DNA from: Cytophagaceae bacterium
Lineage (GTDB): Bacteria > Bacteroidota > Bacteroidia > Cytophagales > UBA9547
NCBI GenBank assembly: GCA_027488865.1
Contig: JAIYAU010000022.1
Location: 3,969 to 67,968 of the forward strand
Direction of reading: 5' to 3'
DNA length: 64,000 nucleotides
In this document: piece after piece, positions 20,365 to 31,827 of the stretch
Layout: every line of letters begins with the position of its first letter
Position numbering within the stretch: the first letter of the stretch is position 1
Position numbers and translations under genes: made by a program
The notes under the pieces: generated by a model
What the model was told of the DNA's origin: nothing
Database searches by the model: none
What the model saw: the letters and a program-made list of their open reading frames with translations, nothing else

Positions 20365-20757
20365 TTAAACCCTTCTTCTTTTTGGAGGTCTACAGCCATT
20401 ATGAGGAAGTGGAGTAATATCTTTTATAATTGTTACCTCTATTCCTGCATTTTGTACAGTCCTTATTGCTGACTCTCTCCCAGAACCAGGACCTTTAACA
20501 AAAACCTCTGCTTTTCTAACACCTAAGTCATACGCCGCTTGAGCACAATTTTGTGCTGCAACTTGAGCTGCATAAGGGGTATTCTTCTTTGATCCTTTGA
20601 AACCCATTTTACCAGCTGAGGCCCAAGTAATAACCTGTCCAGCTGAATTGGTAATAGAAATAATTATGTTGTTAAATGAAGCTCTTATATGAACTTGACC
20701 AACTGGTTCAATTACTACAACACGTTTTTTAGCTTTATCTTTCCTTTTTTGTGCCAT
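20365..20757 (-). CDS. rpsK: 30S ribosomal protein S11
   Basis: ...[15 protein letters not shown]...[10 protein letters not shown]. Confidence 0.97.
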   Translation of the reverse strand: MAQKRKDKAKKRVVVIEPVGQVHIRASFNNIIISITNSAGQVITWASAGKMGFKGSKKNTPYAAQVAAQNCAQAAYDLGVRKAEVFVKGPGSGRESAIRTVQNAGIEVTIIKDITPLPHNGCRPPKRRRV

Positions 20758-20792
20758 CTTATTTTATATGTAAGAAATAACCAAGTTAAATA

Positions 20793-21170
20793 CTATTTGG
20801 TAGCTTTCTTTTTGTTAGCAACTGTCTTACGTTTACCTTTACGAGTTCGAGCATTAGTTTTTGTACGCTGCCCTCTTACTGGCAAACCTTTTCTATGCCT
20901 AAGACCCCTATAACATCCTATATCCATTAAACGTTTTACGCTTAGTTGAACTTCAGATTTTAAAACACCTTCAGTTTTAAATTCACTTGCAATTATACCC
21001 CTAACTTGATTAGATTCTTTATCAGACCATTCTTTTACCTTTTTATCCCAGCTTACGCCTGCTTTTGATAAAATGGACTGAGCCGATCTTCTACCTATAC
21101 CATAGATATATGTTAAAGAAATCTCACCTCGTTTGTTATCAGGAATATCTACTCCAGCTACCCTTGCCAT
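20793..21170 (-). CDS. rpsM: 30S ribosomal protein S13
   Basis: [14 protein letters not shown]... Confidence 0.97.
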   Translation of the reverse strand: MARVAGVDIPDNKRGEISLTYIYGIGRRSAQSILSKAGVSWDKKVKEWSDKESNQVRGIIASEFKTEGVLKSEVQLSVKRLMDIGCYRGLRHRKGLPVRGQRTKTNARTRKGKRKTVANKKKATK

Positions 21171-21180
21171 AGTTTAATAA

Positions 21181-21297
21181 TTAACCTTGTCTTTGTTTAT
21201 ACCTTGGATTCTTCTTATTAATAACGTAAAGCTTACCCTTTCTTCTGATAACTTTACAATCAGCACTTCTTCGCTTGATAGAAGCTTTAACTTTCAT
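21181..21297 (-). CDS. rpmJ: 50S ribosomal protein L36
   Basis: Not in the ORF track (38 aa). Hand translation of the minus strand gives [38 protein letters not shown]. Confidence 0.92.
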   Translation of the reverse strand: MKVKASIKRRSADCKVIRRKGKLYVINKKNPRYKQRQG

Positions 21298-21305
21298 TGC
21301 TTTGT

Positions 21306-21524
21306 CTATTTATATCTGTAAACAATTCTACCCTTACTTAAATCATACGGAGACATCTCCAATCTAATCTTATCACCAGGCAATATTTTGATATAGTTCA
21401 TTCTCATTTTACCTGAAATATGCGCTATAACCTGATGCCCATTTTGTAACTCAACCCTAAACATGGCATTAGACAGTGCCTCAACAATTATTCCATCTTG
21501 TTCAATAGATGACTGTTTCGCCAT
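21306..21524 (-). CDS. infA: Translation initiation factor IF-1
   Basis: 72 aa. ...FRVELQNGH...AHISGKMR... Confidence 0.97.
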   Translation of the reverse strand: MAKQSSIEQDGIIVEALSNAMFRVELQNGHQVIAHISGKMRMNYIKILPGDKIRLEMSPYDLSKGRIVYRYK

Positions 21525-21527
21525 AAT

Positions 21528-22298
21528 TTAATTTAGTACTTCCTCAATGTATTTAAATGTAGTTAATATTTCAGGACCTCCCTTCCTAATAACCACAGTA
21601 TGTTCATAATGCGCTGATGGTTTTCTATCTATTGTCCTGATTGTCCAACCATCACTTTCTTGCAGTACACTGCGCGAGCCGAAATTTACCATGGGTTCAA
21701 TAGCAATAACCAAACCCTCTAATAATTTCAACCCTTTCCCACGTTTACCAAAATTCGGAACCTCAGGACTCTCATGTAACTCCTTCCCTACTCCATGTCC
21801 AACCAACTCCCTTACTACTGAAAAACCATTTCTTTCGACAAACGACTGAACAGCAAAACCAATATCTCCAATTCTTGCACCACTTTTAGCAGCATCGATA
21901 CCTTGATATAGTGAATCTTTAGTAACACTCAACAACCTATCTACTTCCGAGGATACCATACCAACTTTGTAGGTATATGCTGAATCACTATGAAAACCAT
22001 TCAACTTAACACCACAATCAATTGAAACAATGTCACCTTCCTTTAGTACTTGATCACTTGGTATCCCATGAACGACTTGGTCATTTAATGAAATACAAAG
22101 AGACGCAGGAAAACCTCTATAACCTTTAAAAGAAGGTTTCCCACTATTATCAGTTATAAATTCAAAGGCCATTTTATCTAGTGTCTTTGTACTGACACCT
22201 GGTAAAACTAACTTCGCCACTTCTGCATGAGCCCTACCTAATAGGTCCGCACTTATTTTTATTAAATCTATTTGTTCTTCTGATTTATAGAAAATCAT
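21528..22298 (-). CDS. map: Type I methionine aminopeptidase
   Basis: 256 aa. Metal-ligand context DIVSIDCG, GHGVG, and AIEPM...EHT. Confidence 0.95.
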   Translation of the reverse strand: MIFYKSEEQIDLIKISADLLGRAHAEVAKLVLPGVSTKTLDKMAFEFITDNSGKPSFKGYRGFPASLCISLNDQVVHGIPSDQVLKEGDIVSIDCGVKLNGFHSDSAYTYKVGMVSSEVDRLLSVTKDSLYQGIDAAKSGARIGDIGFAVQSFVERNGFSVVRELVGHGVGKELHESPEVPNFGKRGKGLKLLEGLVIAIEPMVNFGSRSVLQESDGWTIRTIDRKPSAHYEHTVVIRKGGPEILTTFKYIEEVLN

Positions 22299-22300
22299 TA

Positions 22301-23623
22301 TTATGAATATACTATTTCCTCAGATCTGCCCTTAACTTTTCCTGATTTCATCATGCCCTCGTAATGTCTTAACAACAAGTAACTTTCAACTTGTTGTAAG
22401 GTATCCAAAATAACCCCGACCATAATTAACAAAGAGGTGCCTCCATAAAAATATGCAAATTCTTTATTGATTCCGAATAGCGATGCTATAGCAGGCATTA
22501 CAGCAATTAAAGCCAGAAAAAAAGCGCCAGGTAAGGTAATTCGTGAAATAACTGCATCAATAAAAGAAGATGTTTCTTCCCCCGGTTTAATACCTGGAAC
22601 AAATCCATTATTTCTTTTCATATCATCTGCAATTTGAACAGGATTAATAGAAATTGCTGTGTAAAAGAACGTAAATACAACAATTAAAAGGACAAAAGTT
22701 AAATTATATTGCCACGATCCTATATCATTAAACACTATATAAACTGTATTTGCAAAATCGTTATTTTCTCTCCATATTGAAGCAACAATGGAAGGTACGA
22801 ACATTAAAGATTGTGCAAATATTATTGGCATCACACCAGCAGAATTTAACTTTAATGGTATATATTGCCTCTGACCTCCGTAAACTTTATTTCCAACCAC
22901 TTGTCTTGCATATTGTACTGGAATCCTACGGGTAGCCTGAGTTAACATAACCACCCCCATAACTACAAAAAACAAAACGACTATTTCGATAATAAAAATT
23001 AAAATTCCTGTCTCACCTCTATTAGCAGCCTCCTGAATAATAGCAGTTGGAAATCTAGAAATAATTCCAACCATTATTAACATGGAAATACCATTACCAA
23101 TCCCTTTATCAGTAATTTTTTCACCTAACCACATACAAAACATTGTACCAGTCACCAATATTAAAACAGAGGTTACATTAAAAAAGCCACGATCAATAGA
23201 ACTGTAAACAGCCTCTTGGGGAATAGTAGCAACGATATAACCATATGATTGTAATAGAGCAACTAATATTGTTCCAACTCTAGTGTACTGATTCAGCTTT
23301 TTCCTTCCAGATTCACCTTCCTTCTGCATTTTCTGAACTTGCGGAACTGCCACAGTTAGTAATTGCAAAATTATAGAAGCCGAGATATATGGCATAATAC
23401 CTAACCCAAATATTGAAGCTTTTGAAAAAGCACCACCTAAAATAGTATCTAACAATCCAAAAATACCTTCTGCATTGTTGTTTAATTGAGAGGAATTTAC
23501 ACCAGGTAATACAATATAAGAACCTAATCTAAAAATCAATAAAAACCCTACTGTGTTAAGGATTCTAACCCTTAAATCTTCAATAGAAAAAATATTCTTA
23601 ATTGTTTGTATAAACCTTTTCAT
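22301..23623 (-). CDS. secY: Preprotein translocase subunit SecY
   Basis: 440 aa, 10-TM profile. GIMPYISASIILQLL motif. Confidence 0.97.
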   Translation of the reverse strand: MKRFIQTIKNIFSIEDLRVRILNTVGFLLIFRLGSYIVLPGVNSSQLNNNAEGIFGLLDTILGGAFSKASIFGLGIMPYISASIILQLLTVAVPQVQKMQKEGESGRKKLNQYTRVGTILVALLQSYGYIVATIPQEAVYSSIDRGFFNVTSVLILVTGTMFCMWLGEKITDKGIGNGISMLIMVGIISRFPTAIIQEAANRGETGILIFIIEIVVLFFVVMGVVMLTQATRRIPVQYARQVVGNKVYGGQRQYIPLKLNSAGVMPIIFAQSLMFVPSIVASIWRENNDFANTVYIVFNDIGSWQYNLTFVLLIVVFTFFYTAISINPVQIADDMKRNNGFVPGIKPGEETSSFIDAVISRITLPGAFFLALIAVMPAIASLFGINKEFAYFYGGTSLLIMVGVILDTLQQVESYLLLRHYEGMMKSGKVKGRSEEIVYS

Positions 23624-23624
23624 T

Positions 23625-24071
23625 TTATAAAATGATTGCTGTACCCCCTACTTTCTCAATAGCCTCTTTAGCTGAAACAGTAAAAGCATGTAACTTAACT
23701 TCTACCTTAGATTTTAGCTCGCCACGACCAAGCACTTTAACTAAATCAGATTTAGAAACTAATCCGTTAGACCGTAATAAATCAAAATCTATAATAGCCG
23801 AATTAGACTTTTCAACTAATTCCTGTAAAGTGTCTAGATTGATACCTTTATAAGAGACTCTATTTATATTTTTAAATCCAAACTTAGGAATACGACGTTG
23901 TAAAGGCATCTGACCACCCTCAAAACCAGCTTTCGACGAATATCCAGAACGAGATTTAGCTCCTTTATGTCCTCTAGTAGATGTTCCGCCATGTCCTGAA
24001 CCAGTACCTCTACCGATACGTTTTCTGTTTTTTGTAGAACCCTCAGCAGGTTTCAATGTATGTAATTTCAT
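23625..24071 (-). CDS. rplO: 50S ribosomal protein L15
   Basis: ...RIGRGTGSGHGGTSTRGHKG... Confidence 0.97.
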   Translation of the reverse strand: MKLHTLKPAEGSTKNRKRIGRGTGSGHGGTSTRGHKGAKSRSGYSSKAGFEGGQMPLQRRIPKFGFKNINRVSYKGINLDTLQELVEKSNSAIIDFDLLRSNGLVSKSDLVKVLGRGELKSKVEVKLHAFTVSAKEAIEKVGGTAIIL

Positions 24072-24072
24072 C

Positions 24073-24252
24073 TTATAAATTCGTTAACTCAATTAAGTGT
24101 CCAACCTTATTTATCATTCCCGTGATTTGAGGTGTCAACTCAAGTTCAACTTCTCTATTAATTTTACCAAGTCCAAGCGCTTTAATAGTATCCTTTTGTT
24201 CTTTTGGTCTATCTATAACTCCCCTTACTTGTTTTATTTTTACTCTGGCCAT
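24073..24252 (-). CDS. rpmD: 50S ribosomal protein L30
   Basis: Not in the ORF track (59 aa). Hand translation gives MARVKIKQVRGVIDRPKEQKDTIKALGLGKINREVELELTPQITGMINKVGHLIELTNL*. Confidence 0.92.
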   Translation of the reverse strand: MARVKIKQVRGVIDRPKEQKDTIKALGLGKINREVELELTPQITGMINKVGHLIELTNL

Positions 24253-24256
24253 GATA

Positions 24257-24775
24257 TTAACCGTTAAATACTTTTGTTAAAGAAATACCCCTATCTTTAG
24301 ATATAGTAAAAGGATCACGCATTTTTGATAAAGCATCAAATGTAGCCTTTACTACATTATGAGGGTTAGACGATCCTTTAGATTTAGCCAAAACATCTTT
24401 TATTCCTGCACTTTCAAAAACTGCACGCATTGCACCACCAGCAATAACCCCAGTACCAGCTGCAGCAGGTTTAACTAAGACTAAACCTCCACTATACTTA
24501 CCTAACATAGGGTGGGGAACCGTACCCTTCAATATAGGGATCTTGATTAAGTTCTTTTTTGCATCGTCAATAGCTTTGGAAATAGCATCTGTTACTTCAT
24601 TAGCTTTACCCAAACCATAACCAACAACACCCTTACCATCGCCAACCACCACGATTGCTGAAAAACTAAATCTACGTCCGCCTTTAACAACCTTCGTAAC
24701 TCTGTTTACTGCAACAACCTTATCCTTTAACTCTATTTCAGATGCCTTAACCGACCTAATATTTAACTGTGACAT
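24257..24775 (-). CDS. rpsE: 30S ribosomal protein S5
   Basis: ...[27 protein letters not shown]... Confidence 0.97.
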   Translation of the reverse strand: MSQLNIRSVKASEIELKDKVVAVNRVTKVVKGGRRFSFSAIVVVGDGKGVVGYGLGKANEVTDAISKAIDDAKKNLIKIPILKGTVPHPMLGKYSGGLVLVKPAAAGTGVIAGGAMRAVFESAGIKDVLAKSKGSSNPHNVVKATFDALSKMRDPFTISKDRGISLTKVFNG

Positions 24776-24789
24776 ATAATATCTTAAAA

Positions 24790-25137
24790 TTAAAATTTCA
24801 ATCCTGCTTCTCTAGCACCTTCAGCCAAAGCCTTAACTCTTCCATGGTATAAATACCCGCCTCTATCGAAAACAATATCTGTAATACCCTTAGCGATTGC
24901 GAGTTCTGCAATCAATTTGCCAACTAACTTTGATTCTTCTAACTTAGAAGCACTAACATTTAATTTTTGACTAGAAGCGGAAGCTAGAGTTATAGATGAT
25001 AAATCATCTATAAGTTGTGCATATATATGCTCATTGCTTCTATATACGGATAATCTCGGCTTGTTAGGCAAGCCAAAGATTTTACCTCTAATTCTACGTT
25101 TAATTTTGAGCCTTCTGGCTACCTTATCTACAGACAT
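24790..25137 (-). CDS. rplR: 50S ribosomal protein L18
   Basis: ...[19 protein letters not shown]...[24 protein letters not shown]. Confidence 0.97.
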   Translation of the reverse strand: MSVDKVARRLKIKRRIRGKIFGLPNKPRLSVYRSNEHIYAQLIDDLSSITLASASSQKLNVSASKLEESKLVGKLIAELAIAKGITDIVFDRGGYLYHGRVKALAEGAREAGLKF

Positions 25138-25145
25138 AAGCTTAA

Positions 25146-25700
25146 CTATTTAGCGGATGTTTTACCAGCTTTTCTTCTCACTTGTTCACCAACGAACCTA
25201 ATACCTTTTCCTTTATAAGGTTCAACTTTACGTAAAGACCTTATTTTCGCAGCAACTTGTCCAATTAACTGCTTGTCAATACCAACTAATGTTACTATAG
25301 GATTTTTACCTTTTTCAGTTAATGCAGATATCTCCACCTCTTTTGGTACCTGAAATACAATATTATGAGAGTATCCCAAACTTAACTCCAAAATCTGACC
25401 TTGTGTTGTTGCCTTATAACCAACACCAACCAATTCAAGATTTATTTTATATCCATCACTTACTCCAATTATCATATTATTGAGTAACGATCTATATAAA
25501 CCATGCAGAGCCTTATGCCTCTTTTGTTCAGTAGGTCTTTCAACAGCTACCTGACCATCTTCAATCTTCACTATTATGTCAGGGTTAATAGATTGTGTTA
25601 ACAATCCTTTTGGTCCTTTTACTGACACCGTGTTTCCCTTATCAATAGTTACTTCTACTTTAGCAGGGATTTTAATTAGTTTATTTCCAATTCTAGACAT
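25146..25700 (-). CDS. rplF: 50S ribosomal protein L6
   Basis: [17 protein letters not shown]... Confidence 0.97.
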   Translation of the reverse strand: MSRIGNKLIKIPAKVEVTIDKGNTVSVKGPKGLLTQSINPDIIVKIEDGQVAVERPTEQKRHKALHGLYRSLLNNMIIGVSDGYKINLELVGVGYKATTQGQILELSLGYSHNIVFQVPKEVEISALTEKGKNPIVTLVGIDKQLIGQVAAKIRSLRKVEPYKGKGIRFVGEQVRRKAGKTSAK

Positions 25701-25711
25701 CGGTTCTAATT

Positions 25712-26113
25712 TTAATATATGTAGCAGAGTACTTCCCCACCAACATGATTCGTTCTTGCCTCTTTATCAGTGAGAACACCTTTTGAAGTAGATATAATGG
25801 CTATTCCTAAACCGTTCAAAATACGTGGTAATTCTTCTGCAGATACATACTTACGTAAACCTGGTTTACTTACTCTTTCCAAACTTGAAATTGAGGATCT
25901 TTTGGAAACTTGATCATACTTCAATGCAATCTTAATAGTTCCCTGTGGATCACCCTCTAATTTCTCAAATTTATAATTGAGTATATAACCTTTATCAAAA
26001 AGAATTTTTGTTAATTCTTTTTTAAGACTTGAAGCAGGAATAGATACAACTCTGTGGTTAGCCTTCACAGCGTTTCTAATTCTTGTTAAATAATCTGCTA
26101 TTGGATCAGTCAT
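25712..26113 (-). CDS. rpsH: 30S ribosomal protein S8
   Basis: [15 protein letters not shown]... Confidence 0.97.
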   Translation of the reverse strand: MTDPIADYLTRIRNAVKANHRVVSIPASSLKKELTKILFDKGYILNYKFEKLEGDPQGTIKIALKYDQVSKRSSISSLERVSKPGLRKYVSAEELPRILNGLGIAIISTSKGVLTDKEARTNHVGGEVLCYIY

Positions 26114-26202
26114 GTCAGTAGATAATTAATGCAACCAATTTTTAAAACGGGCTGCAAAGTTATTGGATTATTTTTAAAATCCGAAATAAATTTTAATTTA
26201 TT

Positions 26203-26472
26203 TTACCAGCTTGCTTTTGTTACACCTGGAATTTTCCCTGCTAAAGCCATATCCCTAAAGGTTACACGATTAATACCGAATTTTCTCATATATCCTTTTG
26301 GTCTACCAGTAAGTTTACATCTATTGTGCAACCTTACAGGGGAAGCATCACGCGGAAGTTTATCCAGTGCATCATAATCGCCAGCAGCTTTTAGAGCAGC
26401 TCTTTTAGCCGCATATTTAGCTACCAATTTCTCCCTCTTACGTTCTCTAGCTTTAATTGACTCCTTAGCCAT
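26203..26472 (-). CDS. rpsN: 30S ribosomal protein S14 (long, non-zinc form)
   Basis: 89 aa. [17 protein letters not shown]...; C-terminal ...IPGVTKASW. Confidence 0.96.
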   Translation of the reverse strand: MAKESIKARERKREKLVAKYAAKRAALKAAGDYDALDKLPRDASPVRLHNRCKLTGRPKGYMRKFGINRVTFRDMALAGKIPGVTKASW

Positions 26473-26475
26473 AAT

Positions 26476-27030
26476 CTATTTCTTTAAGTTTGCAAACGGC
26501 ATACCGAATGCTTTTAATAATTCGTAACTTTCCTCATCCGTGCTTGCACTAGTAACGAATGTAATATCCATCCCAGTTATTCTTGAAACCTTATCGATAC
26601 TAATCTCAGGAAAAATTATCTGCTCTTTCACACCTAATGTATAATTACCCCTTCCATCAAAACCCTTTTCACTTACACCTTTGAAATCACGTACCCTTGG
26701 AAGTGCAACCGTTAACAAACGATCAAGAAACTCATACATTTGATCCCCTCTTAAAGTGACGCGAGCTCCAATTGGCATATTTTCCCGCAACTTAAAATTT
26801 GAAATCGCTTTCTTAGATTTAGTAGCAACTGCTTTCTGACCTGTAATCTGTGTTAATTCATCAACACCTACATCCACAAGTTTCTTATCGGTAACTGCTA
26901 TACCTATACCTTTATTTATACAAATTTTTTGTATTTTAGGTACTTGCATGCTAGATTTATATTGGAACTTGTCCTTAAGTTGAACAACAACTTGATTTAG
27001 ATATATTTCTTTTAACCTCGGCGTTGCCAT
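26476..27030 (-). CDS. rplE: 50S ribosomal protein L5
   Basis: Sequence and cluster position. Confidence 0.97.
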   Translation of the reverse strand: MATPRLKEIYLNQVVVQLKDKFQYKSSMQVPKIQKICINKGIGIAVTDKKLVDVGVDELTQITGQKAVATKSKKAISNFKLRENMPIGARVTLRGDQMYEFLDRLLTVALPRVRDFKGVSEKGFDGRGNYTLGVKEQIIFPEISIDKVSRITGMDITFVTSASTDEESYELLKAFGMPFANLKK

Positions 27031-27032
27031 CG

Positions 27033-27365
27033 TTAGTCAATTAATTTTTCTGTTGTTTTTGAATATCTTACTAGCTTGCCTTCATTATTAAGCTTTCGAC
27101 CTATGCGTGTTGCTTCTCCTGTTGCAGGATCAACTAACATAAGATTGCTGATATGAATTGGTGCTTCCTTCTTTATTATACCTCCATTAGGATTTGAAGC
27201 GGAAGGTTTCATATGTCTAGAAACAATATTCAACCCTTCAATAATTGCTTTGTCAGTTTTAGTTATAATTGAAACAACCTTACCTGTTTTTCCTTTACTA
27301 TTACCTGCAAGCACTTTAACAGTATCGCCCGCTTTAATGTGATATTTTTTCTTTTCCTTTTCCAT
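27033..27365 (-). CDS. rplX: 50S ribosomal protein L24
   Basis: KOW motif: [21 protein letters not shown]. Confidence 0.96.
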   Translation of the reverse strand: MEKEKKKYHIKAGDTVKVLAGNSKGKTGKVVSIITKTDKAIIEGLNIVSRHMKPSASNPNGGIIKKEAPIHISNLMLVDPATGEATRIGRKLNNEGKLVRYSKTTEKLID

Positions 27366-27368
27366 TGT

Positions 27369-27737
27369 TTATAGTACTTCAGGTGCAAGAGAAATAATTT
27401 TCATAAATTGTTTTTCACGCAACTCTCTTGCCACTGGCCCGAATATACGTGAACCCCTTGGTTCGTCACTTGCATTTAAAAGAACAGCTGCATTATCCTC
27501 GAAACGGATATAGCTACCATCTTTTCTTTTAATTTCTTTTTTTGTACGAACTACTACTGCTTTGGAGACAGTACCTTTTTTCATGTTACTTGAAGATAAG
27601 GCTGACTTCACAGTCACAACTATTTTATCGCCTATAGAAGCATATTTTTTTCTAGTACCACCAAGCACCCTTATGACAAGTACCTCTTTTGCACCACTGT
27701 TATCAGCTACTGTAAGCCTTGATTCTTGTTGTATCAT
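27369..27737 (-). CDS. rplN: 50S ribosomal protein L14
   Basis: [18 protein letters not shown]... Confidence 0.98.
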   Translation of the reverse strand: MIQQESRLTVADNSGAKEVLVIRVLGGTRKKYASIGDKIVVTVKSALSSSNMKKGTVSKAVVVRTKKEIKRKDGSYIRFEDNAAVLLNASDEPRGSRIFGPVARELREKQFMKIISLAPEVL

Positions 27738-27739
27738 AA

Positions 27740-27997
27740 TTATTTCGCTTTTTCTAAGACTTCAACCAATCTCCAACGTTTTAACTTACTTAATGGTCTG
27801 GTTTCGGAAATTCTAACTGTATCTCCAATTCCGCACTGATTGGTTTCATCATGTGCCATAAATTTCTTGGTTGTTTTGAGAAACTTACCATACATAGCAT
27901 GTTTAACTTTTCTTTCTACAACAACAGTAATAGATTTATCCATTTTGTTGCTTACAACCTTTCCTATTTTTTCCTTCCTAAAGTTCCTTGTTTCCAT
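27740..27997 (-). CDS. rpsQ: 30S ribosomal protein S17
   Basis: 85 aa; sequence and position. Confidence 0.96.
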   Translation of the reverse strand: METRNFRKEKIGKVVSNKMDKSITVVVERKVKHAMYGKFLKTTKKFMAHDETNQCGIGDTVRISETRPLSKLKRWRLVEVLEKAK

Positions 27998-28010
27998 CTT
28001 TACCTTATAA

Positions 28011-28196
28011 CTATGCTCTAGAGGATAATTCTGTATTTAGCCTAGCGATTAACACCTTTGTTTGTCTGATTTTCATCGGGTTCTCAATTGGAGCAATGGC
28101 ATTTGCAAATTTCAATTTGGCCAGTATCTCCTTTTCAGAGGAAAGTTTCGCAACCAATTCTTCCTTTTTTAGCGCTTTTATATCTGTATTTTTCAT
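28011..28196 (-). CDS. rpmC: 50S ribosomal protein L29
   Basis: 61 aa; sequence and position. Confidence 0.95.
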   Translation of the reverse strand: MKNTDIKALKKEELVAKLSSEKEILAKLKFANAIAPIENPMKIRQTKVLIARLNTELSSRA

Positions 28197-28198
28197 TC

Positions 28199-28627
28199 TT
28201 AAGCGTTTTCTAAAACTTTATCAACACGAGTTATAAAATTAGTCCGTACAGGCAACTTTTGAGCAGCCAAGCGCAAAGCTTCCTTTGCAAGATTGATATC
28301 TATTCCTCCAGCCTCAAACAAAATAGTACCAGGTTTAATAGGAGCAACCCAAAACTCTGGAGCACCTTTACCTTTACCCATCCTTACCTCGGCAGGTTTT
28401 CTGGTCACAGGCTTATCTGGGAAAATACGAATCCACATTTGGCCTTCTCTCTTCATACCTCTAGAAAGAGCCACACGAGCTGCTTCTAATTGTCTACTTG
28501 TGATAAATCCAGTTTCAAGAGATTTAATACCGTACTCGCCAAAGGAGATTGTGAAACCTCTTGTGGCAATACCCCTGTTTCTCCCTTTTTGTTGTTTTCT
28601 GAATTTAGTCTTTTTGGGCTGTAACAT
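28199..28627 (-). CDS. rplP: 50S ribosomal protein L16
   Basis: [16 protein letters not shown]... Confidence 0.98.
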   Translation of the reverse strand: MLQPKKTKFRKQQKGRNRGIATRGFTISFGEYGIKSLETGFITSRQLEAARVALSRGMKREGQMWIRIFPDKPVTRKPAEVRMGKGKGAPEFWVAPIKPGTILFEAGGIDINLAKEALRLAAQKLPVRTNFITRVDKVLENA

Positions 28628-28661
28628 TATAACATTACTTTATATCTCTAATCAAAAACTA

Positions 28662-29411
28662 CTATCTTTTTTTCTTTCTATTATTATCTGGCCTTTTACC
28701 TCTATCGTTGTTGCTACGATTGTTATCGTTGCTTCCGTTTTGAGCTTCGCTACTCATTACACCAATGTTGGGAGATAAATCACGCTTACCAAATACCTCT
28801 CCTTTGAAAATCCAAACTTTTATACCTATTTTACCATATACTGTTTGGGCTTCTGACAAGGCATAATCTATATCTGCTCTTAAAGTGTGCAAAGGTACAC
28901 GACCCTCTTTATATTGCTCAGTTCGCGCCATTTCAGCGCCCGCTAATCTGCCAGATAGTTTAACCTTAATCCCTAAGGCACCAACCCTCATTGTTCCAGA
29001 AATTGCCTGTTTCATTGCACGACGGTAAGATATACGTCCTTCAATTTGCTGTGCAATTGATTCACCCACTAATTTGGCATCCAATTCGGGTCTTTTGATT
29101 TCAAATATATTAATTTGAACATCCTTATTAGTAAGCTTTTTAAGCTCCTCTTTAATCTTATCAACTTCTCCGCCACCTTTCCCAATTACAACGCCTGGAC
29201 GTGCAGTGTTAATTGTAAGGGTTATCCTTTTAAGTGTTCTTTCAATAACCACTTTTGAGATACCACCTTTTGGAATACGAGCATCAATGTATTTTCTGAT
29301 TTTTTCATCTTCGATAAGCTTGCTAGACAATGTTTTCCCACCATACCAGTTAGAATCCCATCCTCTTACAATACCTAATCTTAAACCTACAGGGTTAGCC
29401 TTCTGTCCCAT
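28662..29411 (-). CDS. rpsC: 30S ribosomal protein S3 (with basic/N-rich C-terminal tail)
   Basis: [23 protein letters not shown]... Confidence 0.98.
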   Translation of the reverse strand: MGQKANPVGLRLGIVRGWDSNWYGGKTLSSKLIEDEKIRKYIDARIPKGGISKVVIERTLKRITLTINTARPGVVIGKGGGEVDKIKEELKKLTNKDVQINIFEIKRPELDAKLVGESIAQQIEGRISYRRAMKQAISGTMRVGALGIKVKLSGRLAGAEMARTEQYKEGRVPLHTLRADIDYALSEAQTVYGKIGIKVWIFKGEVFGKRDLSPNIGVMSSEAQNGSNDNNRSNNDRGKRPDNNRKKKR

Positions 29412-29422
29412 TTATTTAAAAT

Positions 29423-29794
29423 TTATTCCTTTGTTTCTGTTTCAGTTTTACTTACCACTGTATCAACCACTATAGTAACGTGGTTAGATCTTTTGCGAAC
29501 TCTATAAGCACGACCTTGTGGAGCAGGTTTAAGTCTTTTCAACATCCTACCACCATCAACGAAGATGGATTTAACAATCAATTCGGCTTGTTCTACCTTC
29601 TCACCTTCATTTTTTTGTTGCCAATTTGAAATAGCGGATAAGAGAAGTTTTTCTACCCTTGAAGATGCCTCCTTTGAGTCATATTTCAATAATGCAAGGG
29701 CATTTACAACTTTTTTGCCTCTTATCATATCGGCCACCAACCTCATTTTACGAGGTGAAGTTGGCACATTGTTTAATTTTGCTACAGCCTCCAT
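29423..29794 (-). CDS. rplV: 50S ribosomal protein L22
   Basis: Sequence and position. Confidence 0.96.
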   Translation of the reverse strand: MEAVAKLNNVPTSPRKMRLVADMIRGKKVVNALALLKYDSKEASSRVEKLLLSAISNWQQKNEGEKVEQAELIVKSIFVDGGRMLKRLKPAPQGRAYRVRKRSNHVTIVVDTVVSKTETETKE

Positions 29795-29801
29795 GATTTA
29801 A

Positions 29802-30071
29802 TTATTTGCCCTTTTTAGCTACGTGTCCTCTAAAATTTCTTGTTGGTGAAAACTCACCTAATTTATGCCCTACCATATTTTCAGTTACAAACACAGGAAT
29901 AAACTTATTGCCATTGTGTACTGCAAAAGTATGTCCTACAAAGTCTGGAGAAATTAAAGATCTTCTAGACCATGTTTTTACAACAGTTTTTTTGGATGAC
30001 TCATTTAAAGCCTGAACCTTTTTATCCAGTCTGTAATCTATATATGGGCCTTTTTTTAGAGAACGTGCCAT
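29802..30071 (-). CDS. rpsS: 30S ribosomal protein S19
   Basis: [15 protein letters not shown]... Confidence 0.98.
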   Translation of the reverse strand: MARSLKKGPYIDYRLDKKVQALNESSKKTVVKTWSRRSLISPDFVGHTFAVHNGNKFIPVFVTENMVGHKLGEFSPTRNFRGHVAKKGK

Positions 30072-30075
30072 TAGC

Positions 30076-30897
30076 TTACTTTGGTCTTGATATTATTGAA
30101 TTATTTGAATATTTTTTTGGTGTTCTTGTCTTTTTACCTTTAGCATAAAGACCTTTGCGTGAACGAGGATGACCTCCAGAGGCTCTACCTTCGCCTCCAC
30201 CCATTGGGTGATCAACTGGATTCATAGCAACAGCTCTTGTTCTTGGTCTTATTCCTTTCCATCTGTTTCTTCCAGCTTTACCCATACTTTGGTTAATGTG
30301 GTCTGAATTGGAAACAGTACCTACTGTAGCCAGACAACGAGAAAGCACTAATCTCATTTCACCAGAAGGCATTTTAAGTGTTGCATATTTTTCATCTCTA
30401 CCTGCCAATTGAGCTGAGGATCCTGCACTTCTTGCAATTGCACCACCTTTACCTGGTTGTAACTCTATATTGTGTACTACCGTACCAACTGGAATCTCGG
30501 CTAATGGTAGGGTATTACCAACTTCAGGAGCAATTCCAGAGCCAGACAAAACTGATTGACCAACCTTTAGGCCATTAGGAGCTATGATATATCTTTTTTC
30601 ACCATCCACATAAAACAACAGCGCAATTCGTGCAGTTCTATTTGGATCGTATTCTATTGAATGAACAACCGCAGGGATTCCGTGCTTATCCCTTTTAAAA
30701 TCTATGATTCTGTATTGTTTTTTATGCCCACCACCTATATAGCGCATGGTCATTTTACCGTCCCCATTACGACCACCACTTCTTTTAAGTGTAGTAACTA
30801 ATGATTTTTCGGGGGAAGATTTAGTGATTTCTTCAAAATCTGGAGCTATCCTAAATCTAGTACCAGGTGTATTTGGTTTTAATTGCTTAATACCCAT
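30076..30897 (-). CDS. rplB: 50S ribosomal protein L2
   Basis: 273 aa. ...[14 protein letters not shown]... Confidence 0.98.
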   Translation of the reverse strand: MGIKQLKPNTPGTRFRIAPDFEEITKSSPEKSLVTTLKRSGGRNGDGKMTMRYIGGGHKKQYRIIDFKRDKHGIPAVVHSIEYDPNRTARIALLFYVDGEKRYIIAPNGLKVGQSVLSGSGIAPEVGNTLPLAEIPVGTVVHNIELQPGKGGAIARSAGSSAQLAGRDEKYATLKMPSGEMRLVLSRCLATVGTVSNSDHINQSMGKAGRNRWKGIRPRTRAVAMNPVDHPMGGGEGRASGGHPRSRKGLYAKGKKTRTPKKYSNNSIISRPK

Positions 30898-30906
30898 GTT
30901 AGTAAA

Positions 30907-31194
30907 TTAAATGCCACTGTAAATATCTATTACTTCTCCTTCCGCTACTTTCACAATAGCTTTTTTAAAAGCATTGGTTTTTCCGGATAGTACACCTGCT
31001 TTGGTGAACCTTGACTTCGTTTTTCCAGCATAGTTCATAGTGCGGATCTTCTCCACATTAACACCGTATGCTTTTTCAACAGCTTTTTTGATTTCTACCT
31101 TGTTAGCGTTAGAATCAACGATGAAACCAAATACACCTTTCTCATTTTGAGAGGTTACTTTTTCGGTCACTAATGGCTTTATCAGGATGCTCAT
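30907..31194 (-). CDS. rplW: 50S ribosomal protein L23
   Basis: Sequence and position. Confidence 0.96.
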   Translation of the reverse strand: MSILIKPLVTEKVTSQNEKGVFGFIVDSNANKVEIKKAVEKAYGVNVEKIRTMNYAGKTKSRFTKAGVLSGKTNAFKKAIVKVAEGEVIDIYSGI

Positions 31195-31199
31195 GACAA

Positions 31200-31826
31200 T
31201 TAACTTAAAATTCCTTCAATTTTTTCTATCGCTCCTACTGTAAACACAACTCTATCTGCGTGCAAAATATCGTAAGTGCTAATATCAGAGGCTGGTTTTA
31301 CACTAGTTTTTGGAACATTTCTACCAGATAGGTAAACGTTTTCATTTAGTTCCGCTGTTACTACCAAAGTCTTTTTACCTACCAGAGACAAGTTTGTTAA
31401 TAACTCCAAATATGTTTTGGTCTTAGGTAAGTCGAAGTTAAAATCTTCCAAAACAGCTATATTGTCTTCCTTCAATTTGTATGAAAGAGCAGATTTTCTA
31501 GCGAGAGTTTTAGTTTTTTTATTAACTTTAAAAAAGTAATCTCTAGGACGAGGACCAAATACTCTACCTCCACCTACAAATAATGGAGATTTCATACTTC
31601 CTGCACGCGCTCCACCTGTTCCTTTTTGTTTTTTAAGCTTCTTTGTAGTACCAGAAACTTCATTTTTTTCTTTTGCTTTATGAGTTCCTTGTCTTTGATT
31701 AGCAAGGTATTGTTTAACATCCAAATAAATGGAATGATCATTTGGCTCAATTGCAAAAACCTCTTTAGAAAGTGTTACCTTCTTTCCAGTCTCTTTTCCT
31801 TGAATATTATATATTGAAAGTTCCAT
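31200..31826 (-). CDS. rplD: 50S ribosomal protein L4
   Basis: The ORF track extends to 31877, but that overlaps rplC. The ATG at 31826 gives [15 protein letters not shown]..., a typical L4 N-terminus, starting 1 nt after the rplC stop. Confidence 0.95.
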   Translation of the reverse strand: MELSIYNIQGKETGKKVTLSKEVFAIEPNDHSIYLDVKQYLANQRQGTHKAKEKNEVSGTTKKLKKQKGTGGARAGSMKSPLFVGGGRVFGPRPRDYFFKVNKKTKTLARKSALSYKLKEDNIAVLEDFNFDLPKTKTYLELLTNLSLVGKKTLVVTAELNENVYLSGRNVPKTSVKPASDISTYDILHADRVVFTVGAIEKIEGILS

Positions 31827-31827
31827 C

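Noticed and set aside
28293-28778. 161-aa plus-strand ORF, and many similar ones (e.g. 27562-27816, 29206-29475, 30378-30578, 31626-31817), lying antisense to ribosomal protein genes
   Set aside because: They lie fully within strongly conserved minus-strand r-protein genes and have low-complexity, hydrophobic translations and no family resemblance. These are typical shadow ORFs of AT-rich DNA.
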